A stretch of 64,000 bases of DNA from Geosiphon pyriformis uo1 (GCA_016748015.1 JAAOMT010000129.1:558001-622000); one strand, 5' to 3'; shown: positions 1 to 14,213, counted from the first letter of the stretch. Notes: generated from the sequence alone by a model not told the origin. Program-made: numbers and translations.

Positions 1-135
1 ACTTTTTCTCTGTGATAACAAATTTGGTATTTTTAATTTTTTGTTTTGTTCTTTTTAATTCCTACTCTTCTAGTTTGTACCTTATACCTTATATGATTGG
101 GAATTTTATATTCTATTTATCTTTTTGTAAAGAAA

Positions 136-3100
136 ATGAAGGTATCAAAACAGTCAATTTTCTTTGACTACTTTATTTTTGTATGAAAATTATTCTCATT
201 ATTCCCATAATTACTCACAAATCAATTACTTTTAATCAGTTTGGAAAACAACTTTTAAATCAGCAAATCACAGAATGGGCTGGTCATTATATCAATTATA
301 AGGCCATGAAAAAAATTATAAATAGTCTAAAGACTAATTCAAAAAATAACGAACGATCAATGCCATCAATGATTACAATAGCCTCTCGATTTTCATCAAA
401 GCCTATAAACGGTGATACAGTCCCAAATGATGAAAATCAAACCTTTCTTCAACAACAAAAAACGGCTTTTTTTTTTAAGCTTGAAAGAGAGCTCGAAAAA
501 GTAGGGCATCTTTCGAAACCCCATTTACTGCATATTGGTGATGCTCCTCTTAAGTCGTCATTGCTGATGATATGATAATTTCCAATTATGCCCGAAATTT
601 TTTTCGTTCATCCTTTCTGTGGCTTTGATATTACACCGCCTTATCCAACATCAGGTCAACTCTTTCTACCTTCAAAAAGAGGCTGAATTTAAGGTTAGAT
701 TACGTACCTTGATTGATAAGAAAAAGATCTTGCTCGCTCGAGAAAAAAAACTATCTGGTGGATCCACCTCTATTGTTGCTTTGAAAGAAGGTTTTAAACA
801 ATTTCAGCAAGATTTGAGCAAATTGCAGGTAATTACACATTAACCTATTTACAACTTATTTATCATCTAATACCCTTTATTTGATTCTAAACTATATAAT
901 TTAATTGCCTTAGCAATTCATTGAAATTAACGTGACAGGATTTCGAAAGATTTTAAAAAAATGGGATAAACGATCAAAATCAAGCACAAAAGAGCTTTAT
1001 CTATCACGACAAGTTGAAATTCAACCATGCTTTAACAGAGACATTATCGCAGAGCTTGCCGACAACGCTGCAAGTAATTTGTTAGCTTTGGATAATCTTA
1101 TCGGCGGCTTATCAACTAGTTCACCTTCAGATCAACATTCTCCGGAACGTAAACTTTCAATTGGGGGTCAAGAAGAACTTGATGTTATGGATGACTTGGA
1201 AACAGAGCTTTTCAAAGCTATAACAACAGGTTCCAATTCAACTGTTCAGGAAATCCTGGAAAGGATTAGGCTGCATCCAAGTGGAGATGATCGTGATCAT
1301 ATCTCCCGTGTATTTTGGCGTGCATGTTCCGAAGACTCTGGGGAATCAATTCAGTTATTGGTCGAAACAGATTTGATCAATTATAAATACATGGATGATA
1401 TAAGTGATCGTACTTGTTTACATGAAACAGCAATTGTCGGTCGATTAGCTCTCATAAAATTGTGTGTTGAACATGGAGTCAAGGTTGATTGCAGAGATGT
1501 CTATGGTAGGCAGCCATTGCATTATGTATGTATGTACGGTCATAGTGAAGCGGCCACTTATCTCTTGTCAGTTGGGGCAAAACCCGAGAGCATTGATCAT
1601 GATGGTTTCAGCCCATTAATTTACGCTGTCACCAATGGTCATACAAATTGCACAAAAATTCTTGTAGAATATGGAGCTCATATAGAGCCCCATAAAGAAG
1701 ACGACCATATTCCATTATCGTTGGCATGCCAATATGGTCATAGAGACATCGCTATGTTGTTACTCAAAAGGGGAGCTAAAATCACAGCCGACAGAGAAGG
1801 TCTTTGTCCTCTACATTTAACCTCACGTGAGGGGCATCATGAATTATCTAAGATCTTGACAGAGCATGGGGCTCTTTTAGATACTCCAGATAAATATAAC
1901 GGATGGACACCAATTTTCTATGCAAGTAGCGAAGGCCACATTCAATGTGTTAAAGTTTTATTGGAGGCAGGTTGTCAGGTGAATCTTAAAGATGAGTCAG
2001 GACATACTCCTATATATTATGCTGCTTGGGAAGGACATATAGAATGTATCAGTTTACTGAACTCGGCCGGCGGACGGGTAGAAATTACTGATCAGAGAGA
2101 TGAAGAAGTTCAAACTACGTTTCAAAATAATCATCATAACCACCTTCAACAGAATGGCAACGGTCATAATGAAGATGAACATGAAACATATGATATGGGC
2201 ACTATACCTTCCCTTTCCTTACCACCACCTATTATACCAGTACGCATATATGGACATAATTATCTGGACAAAAAATATCATGTTCAAGTCACCCTTGGGC
2301 ATAACTCGGCCAAGGTTTCAAGGCCCCCGGTTCATCTTTACGGGAATAGTCAAATATCATCTTTAAAACTTATCATTTCATCCAAACCAGATCTGGGAAT
2401 GATTCCACATAGCATTATTCTACCTTTAGGTGATGATCGAGAAGTGTTTTCTTTTCAGTTAGACACCATAGATAAGTTTTCTTTGGAATTTGACATTTTT
2501 CCGACTTTTGGTTCGAGAGTAATTGGAAAAGGTGTCGCCTTGCCACACGTCTTTGATGTCAGTAACGGTCGGGAAAGAAGAAATAATTTAGTGACAGGAG
2601 GCACGGGGGGGAGATGTATTTGTCCACTGTTTGACACTCATTTAAAAGTAGTCGGCGAGGTATCATTTGAATTTGCAGTTATAAAGCCATTTCAAAGTGT
2701 TCAACTCGAAATTGGAGGTCGAGTGGAAACTTATTGGAAATCGACAAATCCTGTTCCCCACTCTATTTCTCCTCTTGAACAACCACAGACTACGACTGGC
2801 ACTAGCGGTATCATACAGTCCTTTATTACAGCTTCTTCCCTTTCTGGTGAACACATTCAAGTTGTAGTTCAAGTCACACGAGACATGATAGCAGTTGCTT
2901 ACCCAGAATGGATGCTTCCTGTTGATGGATTTGATTTGAGTGTTTCCGATATTACATTTAATCAATTCAAGAAATTGGGTGAAAAGTTTTTAGCTGGAAA
3001 ACAAGAATCTATAGATTTCAAGGAAGCACTTACTACAGCGGAATTACAAAAAATGGTTCATAAAGCGTACCTTTCATTAGAAGAAGTTCTCAAGGTTTGT

Positions 3101-4003
3101 TTTTTTCGGAGTTCTTATTCAATCAATTTTGATGATTAATATAATTTTCTATTTTATTTTCGAAGGAACTACCTCCTTCAATCGGCGTTAATATTGAGAT
3201 CAAATACCCTACCGTATACGAAATGTCAACTTATTGGTTTTCTGATATACCAGATATTAATATATATGTAGATACAATTCTGCAATCAGTATACGATCAT
3301 GCTCAAGCACACGCAACTCCTAATGGTTTTGCTGATTCAAACCATCACATACCCTCCAAAAGATCGGTAATGTTTTCATCTTTCAACCCGGCAATATGCT
3401 CTGCGGTAAATTGGAAACAGCCAAATTGTGAGTGATTTCAAACATTATTTTCAGAAATCTTGTCTATTAATCATTAGCAAAAATGAGGAATTAAAAATAA
3501 AGAATAAACCCTTTTATTTTCCTTCTCTTATAAGACGCGGTATTTTTTAATTCCTATTGTGGATTCGAAAACGATTCAATGCATCGTGGTAAAAAGCGAA
3601 GAGCGGCAGGAGAATATCAAGAAGTTGAAGATCCAATCTATGAAGAAATCATCGTTCGAGATAAACGCTGTACTTCTATCAAAGAAGCTGTTAAATTCGC
3701 AAAGAGTAATAATTTATTGGGGGTAATATGTGAGGCAACATTATTGGTAAGTTAATCAATTTAATTGAATTGAATCAAAATTTTGTCATTAAATGAACTT
3801 TTTTAACCCTAATTTATGTTTCAAATTTTTAGTTACAAGTGCCATCGCTCATAACCAATGTCAAAGAGGGAAGTCTTATATTAACAACTTTCGGAAGTGC
3901 CAATAACGATTCTCGAAATATACGAATACAAGAACGTTATGGTGTAGATGCTATGATGATAAATGGTGTGATAAATTATCACAACGCATTGGACGCCTTT
4001 TAA
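136..4003 (+). CDS. PHO81: SPX-ankyrin-GDPD phosphate-sensing CDK inhibitor, Pho81/NUC-2 family; exons 136-141, 240-500, 655-828, 914-3094, 3166-3427, 3535-3746, 3833-4003
   Basis: GT-AG splicing gives MKFGK...YINYKAMKK (SPX), TGFRKILKKWDKR, YLSRQVEIQPCFNR, several ankyrin repeats (TCLH/QPLH/SPLI/IPLS/CPLH/TPIF/TPIY), RIYGHNYL, FDIFPTFG and a degenerate GDPD (NIEIKYP, MFSSFNP, KQPNYAVFF). These motifs fit Pho81/NUC-2 better than Gde1. Confidence 0.9.
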
Positions 4004-4784
4004 AGAAATTAGCCGAATATCCCACACAATAATTAATAGAATGAAATATGAATTGTAAATTTCTCCAAGGGTTTTATGAACTTCATAGTAGATGTTCTTG
4101 GTAAAGAATAATTAAAGGTTAAAAGACATTTATGAAATAAATCGTCGAAATTTCTATTAAAGAAGTGATAAATTTATAATTTATAATTTTCATTTGTGCT
4201 ATATAAGCAATTTGTATTAATTATATTTTTTGGAAATTTAATCACAAATTTTATTTTATTTATGTTTTGAATAAATTTGGTAATGTATAATGGTGGCTTA
4301 AGTTTAGCTCATAATTTTCAGGAATGCTTAACAGCTAATAAATACAAATTATTATGTTTAAGAAAATAAAATAAAAATTCATATTTATATATATATTAAA
4401 TTATTTTAAAGTATATTTACCATCGATTCATCATTAAACATATTAATAAATTTAAGTATTATAAGAAACTTTTTTAAGTAAAAACATAGTAATAATTTTT
4501 TGTTTAATATTTAAAATATTAATTTTTATATTTAACAATATAACAAAATTTTTTTATTAAAATAAATAATGAACAATTTTAATTTTATTAAAAAAATAAA
4601 AAAGTTAAGTTATTTACAAAAAAGCTTTTAATAATAAAACTTATAATGAATATTTAATTTTATAAAACATAATAATTTTTATTTAATAATAAGTATAAAA
4701 TTTTGTATTCATATAAAATTTTAAATTTAATATATTAAATAAATAAATAAATTTTAAAAAATTAATTATTTTTATTTATATGTT

Positions 4785-6920
4785 TTTATTATGCTTTAAC
4801 CAAGTATAGTCCAACTATTAACTATAATATAAAATTCAAAAATCTTAAAATAGTTATAATTCATATATTTTTTATATATAATTAATTATTTAAACTAATT
4901 TAAATTATATTAAATTGAATTTAAAAAATTTATCTAAAAAAAACATATTATGCAAATTACAGTTAAATTAATATTAAAAAAAAGAAACTTAACCAATTAT
5001 AAAACAATTTTATTTGTTTTAAATTTGATTTTAAAAACTTAAAACTTTTAAAATACTATTATAATTAAAAATTATAATTTTTATTAATTATTATATGTAT
5101 AAACCAATAATATTATAATTAATTGTTTTGTTTTTAAATAATAATTAATAACTTAATTAATAACTTAATTGTTAACTTAATTATTAATCTAAGTAATAAT
5201 TATTTTAAATAATTATATAAACAATAAATTTTTTAACTATAAAAAAACATAATAAAATAAAAATATTAAAATAACAACCATTATTTAATACTTCTTTTTA
5301 TATTGTTTATTTTTCTTATTTTTAAGTATTTAAATATCTATAATTTTTTTTATTATGTATTTAGAAATTAAAGACAAATTAAAAATCTTAAGATTAAATA
5401 CAGTTCATGTACTTTCTACATATAATTAGCTACTTAAACCAGTTCAGACTATATTATGTTGATATTTTAAAAAAAAACTTATTCAAAAAAGACATATTTT
5501 AAACAATTTTAACCAATATAGCATTATTATTAATTAATTCAACCAGTTATTTAGCCATTTTTAAAACATTAGTCTTAATACTAATAAGTTCATGTTTTTA
5601 TAGTAATATTAAGTTAAAAAACATATTATTATTAATTATAAACAAACTTATATAAAAGCCAAACATATTAATATCCTTATAGTTATATTTAGTTTTTAAA
5701 GCAATTATTATCTGTCCCAACTTACTAATTGTTTTATTAAAGATACTTATATGTATTAAAATCTTATTGATTCAAAGGCAAGTGCACTATTTAAAACCAA
5801 ATTACTATTAATAAATTATTTAAACACAATAACCAAAAATTCGACCAGTTTAACAATAAATTTAACCAAAACAAAAAGCTTGGCCAAATCAAATTCCAAA
5901 GAGACTAATCAAGAAAAAACTACAAAAACATTAGCTATTATATCAGCAGGAAAAGCAGAACCAATTGGAGAACTAGAAACTAAAGGAGGCACAAAAATAA
6001 TAGTCTTGACATAAAACTTAATACCAATAAAACAAGACACAAAAGTTTTGGAAGTTTTGGAAGGAAAAAATGGAGATATTTTATAATCAACAGCCAAATA
6101 ATCTAAGTCTTAGCACCTAAAGCAATATTAGTATTCAGAAGTTTCTTACCAAATATAATATTTTCTTAAAGTATTAGTTTTAATAATAATAGTATTCAAA
6201 TTATTTTGTAAGCCAAATATAACCAAAACAAATTAGAAATAATAACCAAAATTAAGTAAGTAAAAAATAAAACAGATTTAACTATTAACTTGAGAAATTA
6301 TATTATTAATTTTATAAACAGTAGCCAAAAAAAAAGTTGACTAACTTGGTCTTAAACTTATTATAAGACAGAATAATTTTAATTTAATTTACAAAATAAA
6401 AAATTTTAATATTTTTTTTGTTTAACAAAACTGATTAGTGTTTTAAAACAGATACAGCAGTATTTAAAATCTTAAAGTAAACAATTACATATTATCAAAT
6501 ACTAACAGACTTTAACACAATACAAGAGACTTTACCAAATACATCAAAAATTATCTTAATATTAGTAATAAATATATTTAAAAGTATATTACACAATACA
6601 ATAATAGCAAAAGAAGAACCAGATTCAGAAACCACTAAAGACTTGGCAATTTTAAGAGTAGTCAAGTAAATAAAGCTTGTAAACTCAACCAAAAAAGCAG
6701 TTTTTAAAAACTCTTAAGAAGCAAACTCTACACAAAAGAGTTTTATATTGTTTTTTAATACCAACTTTACATTCAAAAAACTATATACAAATTAGAAAAC
6801 AGTCTTAATATAAGCCAATTTGATTTTAAAAGTTGTATTAGGCATTAAAATAGAAATCACTTATTTAGCAAATCTTTGATGATTAGTATTATGAGTTATT
6901 TTCTTCTTAGTAGTCATTAT
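4785..6920 (-). mobile_element. Heavily decayed, internally deleted or non-autonomous LINE (ORF1 relic plus 3' end)
   Basis: Minus-strand frame from ~6917 reads MTTKKK...VEFAS...LKIAKSLVVSESGSS...VFGKVSCIVLK, an RRM-like LINE ORF1 with many stops. A degenerate copy of the LINE 3'UTR motif lies at ~4845-4890, with an A-rich tail near 4785. Confidence 0.55.
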
Positions 6921-7169
6921 AATTAATTACTATAGCTTTTTAGATCAAGTAATAATATAAAAAATCATCTAATTTTAATATAAAAATAAATATATTAGTT
7001 TCAATTAGTATTGTTTTTGATTTATGCTGAATTCTTATTTAATATATTACTACTATTTTCTTATTTAAAAATCTAAAGATTAACTTGATAAGTTTTTTTT
7101 AACTTCCTAGCAGATATTGGATAATTTTCTTTGGTAAATGTCTTTATTATTGGATTTGGTATATGATAT

Positions 7170-7903
7170 TGTTATGGGTTGGAGTAACAAGCTAACAGAT
7201 AGCAAAGGAAAACAGAATTGTAAGATAATGGAAATAATCAAAGAGAATTCAACTTCAATGAGCAAATAATATAAGTATGGATTTAATGTGCAAGATTAGT
7301 CTCATAAAATATCTCAATCACTATTCTTTTCAAAAGATAACAAGAGAATCTAAAGGTAGAGAGATAGTCCATACTGTCAACAATTGATAACTGCTGGTAT
7401 AATTCTATGTCTCACATCAGCACTCTTAGAATTCAATATCAGATATCAATTTGTGCTTTTCAGTCATATTTATTCAAATAATCTTCAAATACTGCAATTA
7501 CACATTTCAGAAAAGTGCCAACAAGTAATCTTTTATTCAAAAGATGTTCAGATACTTGAAGGTAGAGAAAGAAAAATTAGTGATAAGAGAATGTTTGAGA
7601 TAGAAGTTTGTTATTTTATTTCTTTGATTGTCTTGATTCCTTTATTGATATTTTTTTACAGCTAAGAAACTCATCACTTATATATCTATTGAAAGTGGTC
7701 AACAACCAGATCAATGATCAGGTCAATAATCAGATCAATGATCAGATCAACAATTAGGTCATTGATCAGGTCAATGATCAGGTCAATGGTCAGGTCATTG
7801 ATCAGATCAATGATCACTATTTAAAAATAGGGTGGCTAATTATATGACATCAGTGGCTAATATATGTGATAACTAATAAAAACTATGAGTTTCAACCATA
7901 ACA
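7170..7903 (-). repeat. 3' LTR of Gypsy A (734 bp)
   Basis: Aligns end to end with 14220-14866; starts TGTTATGG, ends CCATAACA. Confidence 0.95.
7697..7816. repeat. 12-bp tandem array (GGTCAATGATCA consensus) x10 in LTR U3
   Basis: Ten consecutive units counted; only three at the same place in the other LTR (14747-14782). Lies just upstream of the minus-strand TATATAA. Confidence 0.9.
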
Positions 7904-8530
7904 TTATCCTCTCCAAAGAGATTGAGCTCCAGCGAAATTAAACTATTTAGGGAATACTCTATTTGAAGGGTTTTATCTAACTCAAAACTAACTAGTTTGT
8001 TGAAGTCTTTTGTGAATAAGGTATATAAAACTTGAGGCGAAATGAGCTTTGTGTCCAAGAGACCAAATCTTTGTATAAGAGTTTTGGCTCTTTTTGCAAT
8101 GATCAAAACTCTTGAGACATCTAATTATACAATGTTCAAAATTTCCACTTGTATCTCAGAAGTTGTTTTCTTCATGAGCTTTATGTCTTCTATGATTTCA
8201 TCAAGGTGACCATAGAGTTTTAGTTGTCTTCTATATGACAAGTTTTTGTCTATGGGCAAGATTTCTTTAATTGTTTTTCCAATTGTGATAGAAGATACAA
8301 GTATTGCTGCTGTTATACTTTCTAGCAAATACTTATCCATTTTGCTACCAATTCTTTCTCTTCTGGTAGTTGTTTTTTTTGGTCTGATAACAGTATGTGT
8401 TCTATTGTTGTCAGTTATTGTAGTTTGTTTTCCAATGGTCAAAGTAGCATTTGGATAGTTTTTAATCCAATACTCATGAAGAGTATAGAAAGCGTTTTAA
8501 ATGTTTTAATCCAGAAAATAATTGTTCATG
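7873..8530 (-). pseudogene. Gypsy A ORF3 (env position, unknown function), runs into the 3' LTR
   Basis: ORF-track pieces 8125-8442 and 7873-8106 are one frame separated by a TAA; the start is not resolved. Confidence 0.6.
7904..7916 (-). other. Polypurine tract of Gypsy A
   Basis: Minus strand TTGGAGAGGATAA directly abuts the 3' LTR TG. Confidence 0.75.
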
Positions 8531-8570
8531 TCAATTGAAAATACCTCTGTTTTGGGAGTGGTGGATTTAT

Positions 8571-9869
8571 TTATATCTGATTTTTGCTGATCATTTGGGT
8601 CAGTATTACCACAACAGGTAACCAATTAGATCGTTTGTAATATTTCTTGAGTCGTGTGCCATGAACAGAACAATCATTAAAGATTGTTCCGGATTGATCT
8701 TGTAGAATATAAGAACCATTATTCAGAACTTTGTTGACTATAAAGGATCCTTTTCACTGGCTAAAGAATTTATTACCATAGATATTGTCTCTATCTGAAT
8801 AGTATTCCAAAACCAAATTATTAATGCTTAAGGAAAGTGTTTTATAGGTTTTCTTTTTTTTAAGCTTCTCTTGGAACTGTTTTATCTTTTTAAAGGCAAT
8901 TATCTGTGCCTCTACCAATAAGTCAAAAATGGTACCAAGTCTTCTTTGCAAAATGTCTTTGTAATTTCCTATTGTGATTTCTTTAAAGGATATTGTCTTA
9001 ATATCAGTTTCTATTAGTAGTGTTGCCATTTGTCCATAGAGCAAGAAAAAGGGTTCATAACTTATTATGTCATGATTCACAGTTCTATAAGCAAACAAAG
9101 CTGAAAGCAATATTTTGTCTCATAAGTTTGTTTCTTCACTTGTTTTAGCTAAGGTTTCACACAGTGTTCTATTGAAACATTCCACTAGGCTATTTGTTTA
9201 GAGGTGATAAAGGGAGAAAAGTTTGTGATGTATTCCCATTTTTCTACAAAGTTTTTTAACCAATGTACTAAGAAAAGCTCTTCCTCTATCAGATAAAAGT
9301 TCTTTGGGGCAACCATGGCGACAAATAATATCTTCATAAATAAAATTAACAATGAAAACTGCTGTTTGATCTGGGGTGGCTCTTGCTTTTACCCACTTTG
9401 TAAGATAGTCAGTAGCTGTGATAATGTATCTGTTGTCATCAGGAGTTACTGTTAATGATCCAATTCTGTCAAAGGGTTGGCCAACAGAGATTAGATAGAT
9501 GTCTTCTTTGTAATTGGGTTTTTCTCTTTTTTGGCAGGTATCACAGGTTTTAATGTATTCAGCAATATCTTTTCCCAAGGTAGGCCAATAATAGCAAGTT
9601 AGAGTTTTCTGAATTGTTTTTGTTTTTTCAAAGTGTCTAGCTAATAGATCAGTGTGCATGTTGTAGATCACAATTTTTCTTTCTTCAAATCTTATGACTC
9701 TCTGGGGGCAGTCAGGATCTTTTCTATTTTTTTTGTATAATTGGTTCTGGCAGATCAAATAAAAATTTAATTGTTTGCGCAAATGTTCTCTTTGTTGTCA
9801 AGTGTATTTTAGTGGGTATTGTTCTTTACCCAAAAATTCTATTAAGGCAGAGTAGTTGTCCAAGTCCAT
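8571..9869 (-). pseudogene. Gypsy A integrase, separate ORF (MDLDNYSALIEFL...)
   Basis: HHCC (MH...RHF...CDTCQ), PFDRIG, DYLTKW, LLSDRG, GLVE, C-terminal KGSF/GPF module. Own ATG, in a different frame from RNase H. Confidence 0.85.
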
Positions 9870-9933
9870 TATTGTGTTTGGTTGTAAGAAAATTACTAAT
9901 AATTAGGTTGGTTTGGTTTGGGAGGTTGTACTG

Positions 9934-12900
9934 TCACTTGGTAGTAAGTCTGGAGAAAGTGTTGGTATTTTAATAATTAGCTCCTTTATGGTGTTGAATA
10001 TCATAGTCAAATTCATCCAAGTGGAGTATCCAGCAGGCTATCCATTTATGTTCTAGCCTTTTCTTGTTGCACAGCCAAACCAAAGCTTGGTGATCTGTTA
10101 TTACCAAAAACTTTACACCAAGAAGATATTTATCTCAGTAGCTGGTAGTTCAAACTACTGCTAAGCATTCCTGCTCAGTAATTGAATAGTTCTTTTCTGC
10201 TGATGTAAGGGTTCTACTGGCATAAGCTATTGCATGTTCTCTGCCACCTTTATCTTTTTGTGAGAGAACAGCACTAAGTTCATAGCCAGATGTATTAGTG
10301 TAAAGGATGAAAGATTAATCCAAATCAGATTGTTTGAGAATAAGTTCTGTAACCAATTTTTCTTTGAGGGTTTTAAATGCTTTCTGTTAATGTGTGCTTC
10401 AATGGTAGTTGACATTTTTCCTGAGTAGCTGATTGAGTGGAGAGGCAATTTTGGAGAAATTCTTAACAAATTTGCGATAATAGAAGACCAAACTAAGAAA
10501 AAAACATAACTTATGAACATTCATTAGTTGTCTTATGTTCTGAACTTTTTTCACTTTGGCTGGATCAGGGAAGATTTCATCTTTTATAATAAGATGGCCA
10601 AGGAATTGGGTGGATTGTCTTCCAAAAAAGGATTTGATTGGGTTGATCTTGAGACCTGCATTTCTAAGAAGATCAAAAATCTTTTGCAAATATTCAAAAT
10701 GTTCATCCCAGGTTTTTGAGTACACCATTATATCGTCCAGATAGACCAGAATAAAGTTTTCTTTCACTGATTCAAATACTTTATCCATTAAGTGTTGAAA
10801 AGTGGGAGGAGTATTAGTGAGACCAAAAAGCATGACTGTGAATTCATAGGTGCCATACTTGGTGATAAAGGCAGTTTTCTTTCAGCTTTCTGGATTCATC
10901 TCTACTTGTCAGAATCCAGCAGTTAGATCAATAGTTGAAAAGAAAGCAGCATCTTTGAATTGGTCCAGCATTGCATCAATCTTGGGAAGTGGGTACATGT
11001 CTCTTTCAGTGATGGCATTTAATTGGTGGTAGTCAACATAGAAGCATAGGATTCCATCTTTCTTGGATACCACTACAACTAGGAAAGCCCATTCACTCTT
11101 GGTCTTTTGTATGAATCTAAGATCTTTCATTTGTTTTATTTCTTTCTTAATGAACTAATCATTGTGGTGATTGGATTGATATAGCTTTAGATAGATGGAG
11201 CGAGTTTTTCTGGTGATGATGATGTATTGTATCACATGAGTTTGTCCAGGAATATCACCTTTTTTTGAGATAACTGGGCTGTTTCTAGCCAGCAAATTTT
11301 CAATGTCTATTTTTCTTTCTTCTGAAAAGGGTTCTCTTTGTTCTACAATTAGTGATTGGATCTCAGATGGTTCATTTTCAAAGGACTTTTGGACTTCTTT
11401 CAATTCTTCTCTAGGTATTAAACTGATTGGTTTCCAATCTTTGTAATAGATCAGGCATGATTTGCATTCATCACTTGAAGAATACAAAGGTTTATTGCAC
11501 CAGCACTAGGCACAAGAGCCATGCCACCAATAACTGTATTTGGCTTTCTTGTCAGGCTTTTGGTCAAAGGTTCTTCTTAGAATATCATAGTAGAGCCAGC
11601 AGATCAGCTTGCTGTTTACAATGATTTTCTCTCTATCAGCTTTAACATTGTCTAGTGGCTTGCCATTGCTGGTGAAGGTAGTATAGGCGAGTTCAGCAGT
11701 TTTTTCTTGTTCTTCTTGTTCATCTTCTTTATCACTCTCTTTATCATCTGATTTCTCTGATTGCTCATCTTCTTGATTTTGTTTGGTTGCTGGAGGAGTT
11801 GTTCAATGGCAATATTTAATCACAATGGGTTTTTCACCACATCTTATAATTAGCTTACAAAGTTTATAGTTGAGTAAGGCTTTTGCTTTCTTAAGCCACT
11901 TATTGCCAACAATGATGGTGTATTCTTTAGCTTCAGAAACTTCCATGTCAGTTTCAATACTGATGCTATTGATGTGAACAGGAATAGCTTTGGCAATGCC
12001 CAGATTTTTCTTCTTGTCACCATGTACATTGGTTATTAGTCGAGTGGAAGGCTCATCAATTTTTTTGCCAATTACTTCAAGAAAGTGTTTGGCAATTACA
12101 CTAACAGATGATCCACTGTTTAGGATCAAGTCAATGAAGTAACCAGCCACTTGTGCTTTGCAAATTAGAGAAGTAACATTGCTGTTGTCAGCAAGTCCAG
12201 CTTGGTGAGGGTGTTTATTGGTCTTTGGTGTTTTTTTTTGGGGATTAAAGATTTGTGGAGATCTTTTCTGAACTGTGAATGGGTTATTAACTGGCCAAAG
12301 ATAATGTGTGCTGGGGTTTCCATGAGATTTTTGACAACAGAATAGGGTCCAGATTTTTGTACAATTTCTGGGGGTTCCAACTTTGGAAGATTCTTAAAAA
12401 CTTTGGCTTTTGGTGGCTTATTGTTATCAGCAGTAGAAGTTAAGGCTTTGTTGGGATCTAGAACGAAATCAACCTTGGCTTTCTTCTTTTTTCTGGTTGA
12501 TTCAGAAGTGTTGATTGCTAATTCATTCATGTCATGGTTATCATTAGTTAAGTTAAAAGCAAAAAAGAGGTTTTTTTTTGGTTGGCTTGCACTCTCACCT
12601 TTTGGAAGTGCATCTACCAGTTTAAAGACTGATAGACTGTGGCTTCAACTAGAGGATCCTCTCCAAAGAAATTGATGTTGGCATGGTTGGATCTTTGATT
12701 AAGAGCATTATTGTTGATGGGTCTATTGTTTTGATTGTCATTATTTCTGGGGACTGGGGAAGGTAAAGGAGGATTGTTGCAATCTCTTGAGAAATGTCCA
12801 GTTAATCTACATCTATAACATACAGAAAGACCACAATTTTGCTGTTTTTGGTAAGGGGTTTGCTGGGGTTGATTAAAATGTGGTTTATATCTGGGTCTTT

Positions 12901-14167
12901 GTGGTTATTGGTTATCTCTAACTGCTTGTGCCAAAGGTTCTAATAACCGGACAAGATTGGCTGTGAGTTTATCAATTAATTGTTTATTTGGATCTTGAGT
13001 TTGGACAGCAAAAGAGGCAGCAGCCATTTAAGGGGCAGAAGCCATGACAGGAGCAGAAGCAAAAACTGGAAGTGTGGATCCCAAATGCATCTTTTGGTTA
13101 TCTTCAATTCTTTGTGCCAGTTCAATAGCCATATCCATTGTTGGGTTGTTTTTTAAAGCCAAGAGAGGCCAAAGAGCATATGATAGATTAGTTTTTAATC
13201 CTTTTGTAAAGGAATATATTTTCTGCTCTTCTGTCTAATTTCTATTAGAGTCTATTCGTTTAATGAGTTTTCTTATTGCTTTGGCATATTCTGTCACAAC
13301 CTCACCAGGGTTTTGAGTTCTTCTTTCTAATTCTATATGCCATTTGGATATTAAGATGGAAGTTCTAAATTTCAATTCAAACCAGGTAGTGAAAAAGATG
13401 TTGTCTTTTTCAGCATTTGCTGGTGTCTATCTAATAATTTGTTGTTGAGCATTGGCATTGGTTTCTTGTAAAAACCAAGTAGCAGAAGAGCCTTGAAGGT
13501 AGCCACCAACAATTTGGAACTTGTATTCATTATTATATTGGTTTGCTGTGGCTGTTCTCTCAAAATCATCCAGCCATTCAATTAGATCTTATGCATTGTC
13601 TCTGAATAATGGTAATGGGGTGTTGTTTCTTTGCCCTAGAGCAGTCTGTATACCTTGGAGAATGATCAAAATGTTTTGTTGCAGAGGGTCTTGAGCCATT
13701 GGTTCAGATGTAACTGTTTGTGTTAAGTGTTCTGATTCACTTGAAAAGAGATCAAAAACAGAAGTGGTTTGATAGCTTTCTTTTTCTGTTTCAAAAGAAG
13801 TTTCAGTTGCTTAATGGACAGCAATCCAAATATGGATTTGATGATTCAGATATTCGAAATTAGGGGGCTGTTGTTCAAAGGTTGTAGAATATAAGAGCTG
13901 ATTGATACTGTTGTTTCTTTTTTCAAAGTTGTCTTTAAAATAAGCTTGGTCAAAGTAATAGGTTGTATAAGCTGTGTAGGTTTCAGCTGAATGCTTGTTC
14001 AGGAACCAGTTCCAAAAGTCTTAGAATTGTCTGCTGGATTGTTTTTCAATGGGGAAGCAAATCAAGCAGGAAGGCAAGGGATTGAGTTCAATAAAGTCTA
14101 GATTGTTTTTGTTATGTGCTTCAAAGTGTTTTTTTGATTGTTGTGACAGATATGAATAATCACCCAT
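9934..14167 (-). pseudogene. Gypsy A gag-protease-RT-RNase H polyprotein (stops, a few frameshifts)
   Basis: ATG at 14167; gag core MAQDPLQQ at 13699; PR LILNSGSSVSVI; RT YPLPKID, IDLTAGF, LFGLTN, VYLDD; RNase H ends NTFSRLTTK-TGA. Confidence 0.85.
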
Positions 14168-14195
14168 ACAATAGAAAACAAAGTAGATTTTGACA

Positions 14196-14213
14196 ACCTC
14201 ACAGGGAGCACCA
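14196..14213 (-). other. Primer binding site of Gypsy A
   Basis: Minus strand TGGTGCTCCCTGTGAGGT, 6 nt inside the 5' LTR; complementary to a tRNA 3' end ...GAGCACCA. Confidence 0.9.

Noticed and set aside
932-3139. GDE1 assignment, or treating 183-575, 619-843 and 932-3139 as separate genes
   Set aside because: Canonical introns join them into one gene; Pho81/NUC-2-type motifs and a degenerate GDPD argue against Gde1.
7697-7816. CRISPR-like array or nuclear-receptor response elements
   Set aside because: Head-to-tail 12-mers with no spacers inside a eukaryotic LTR; similarity to the IR1 element is likely coincidental in a fungus.
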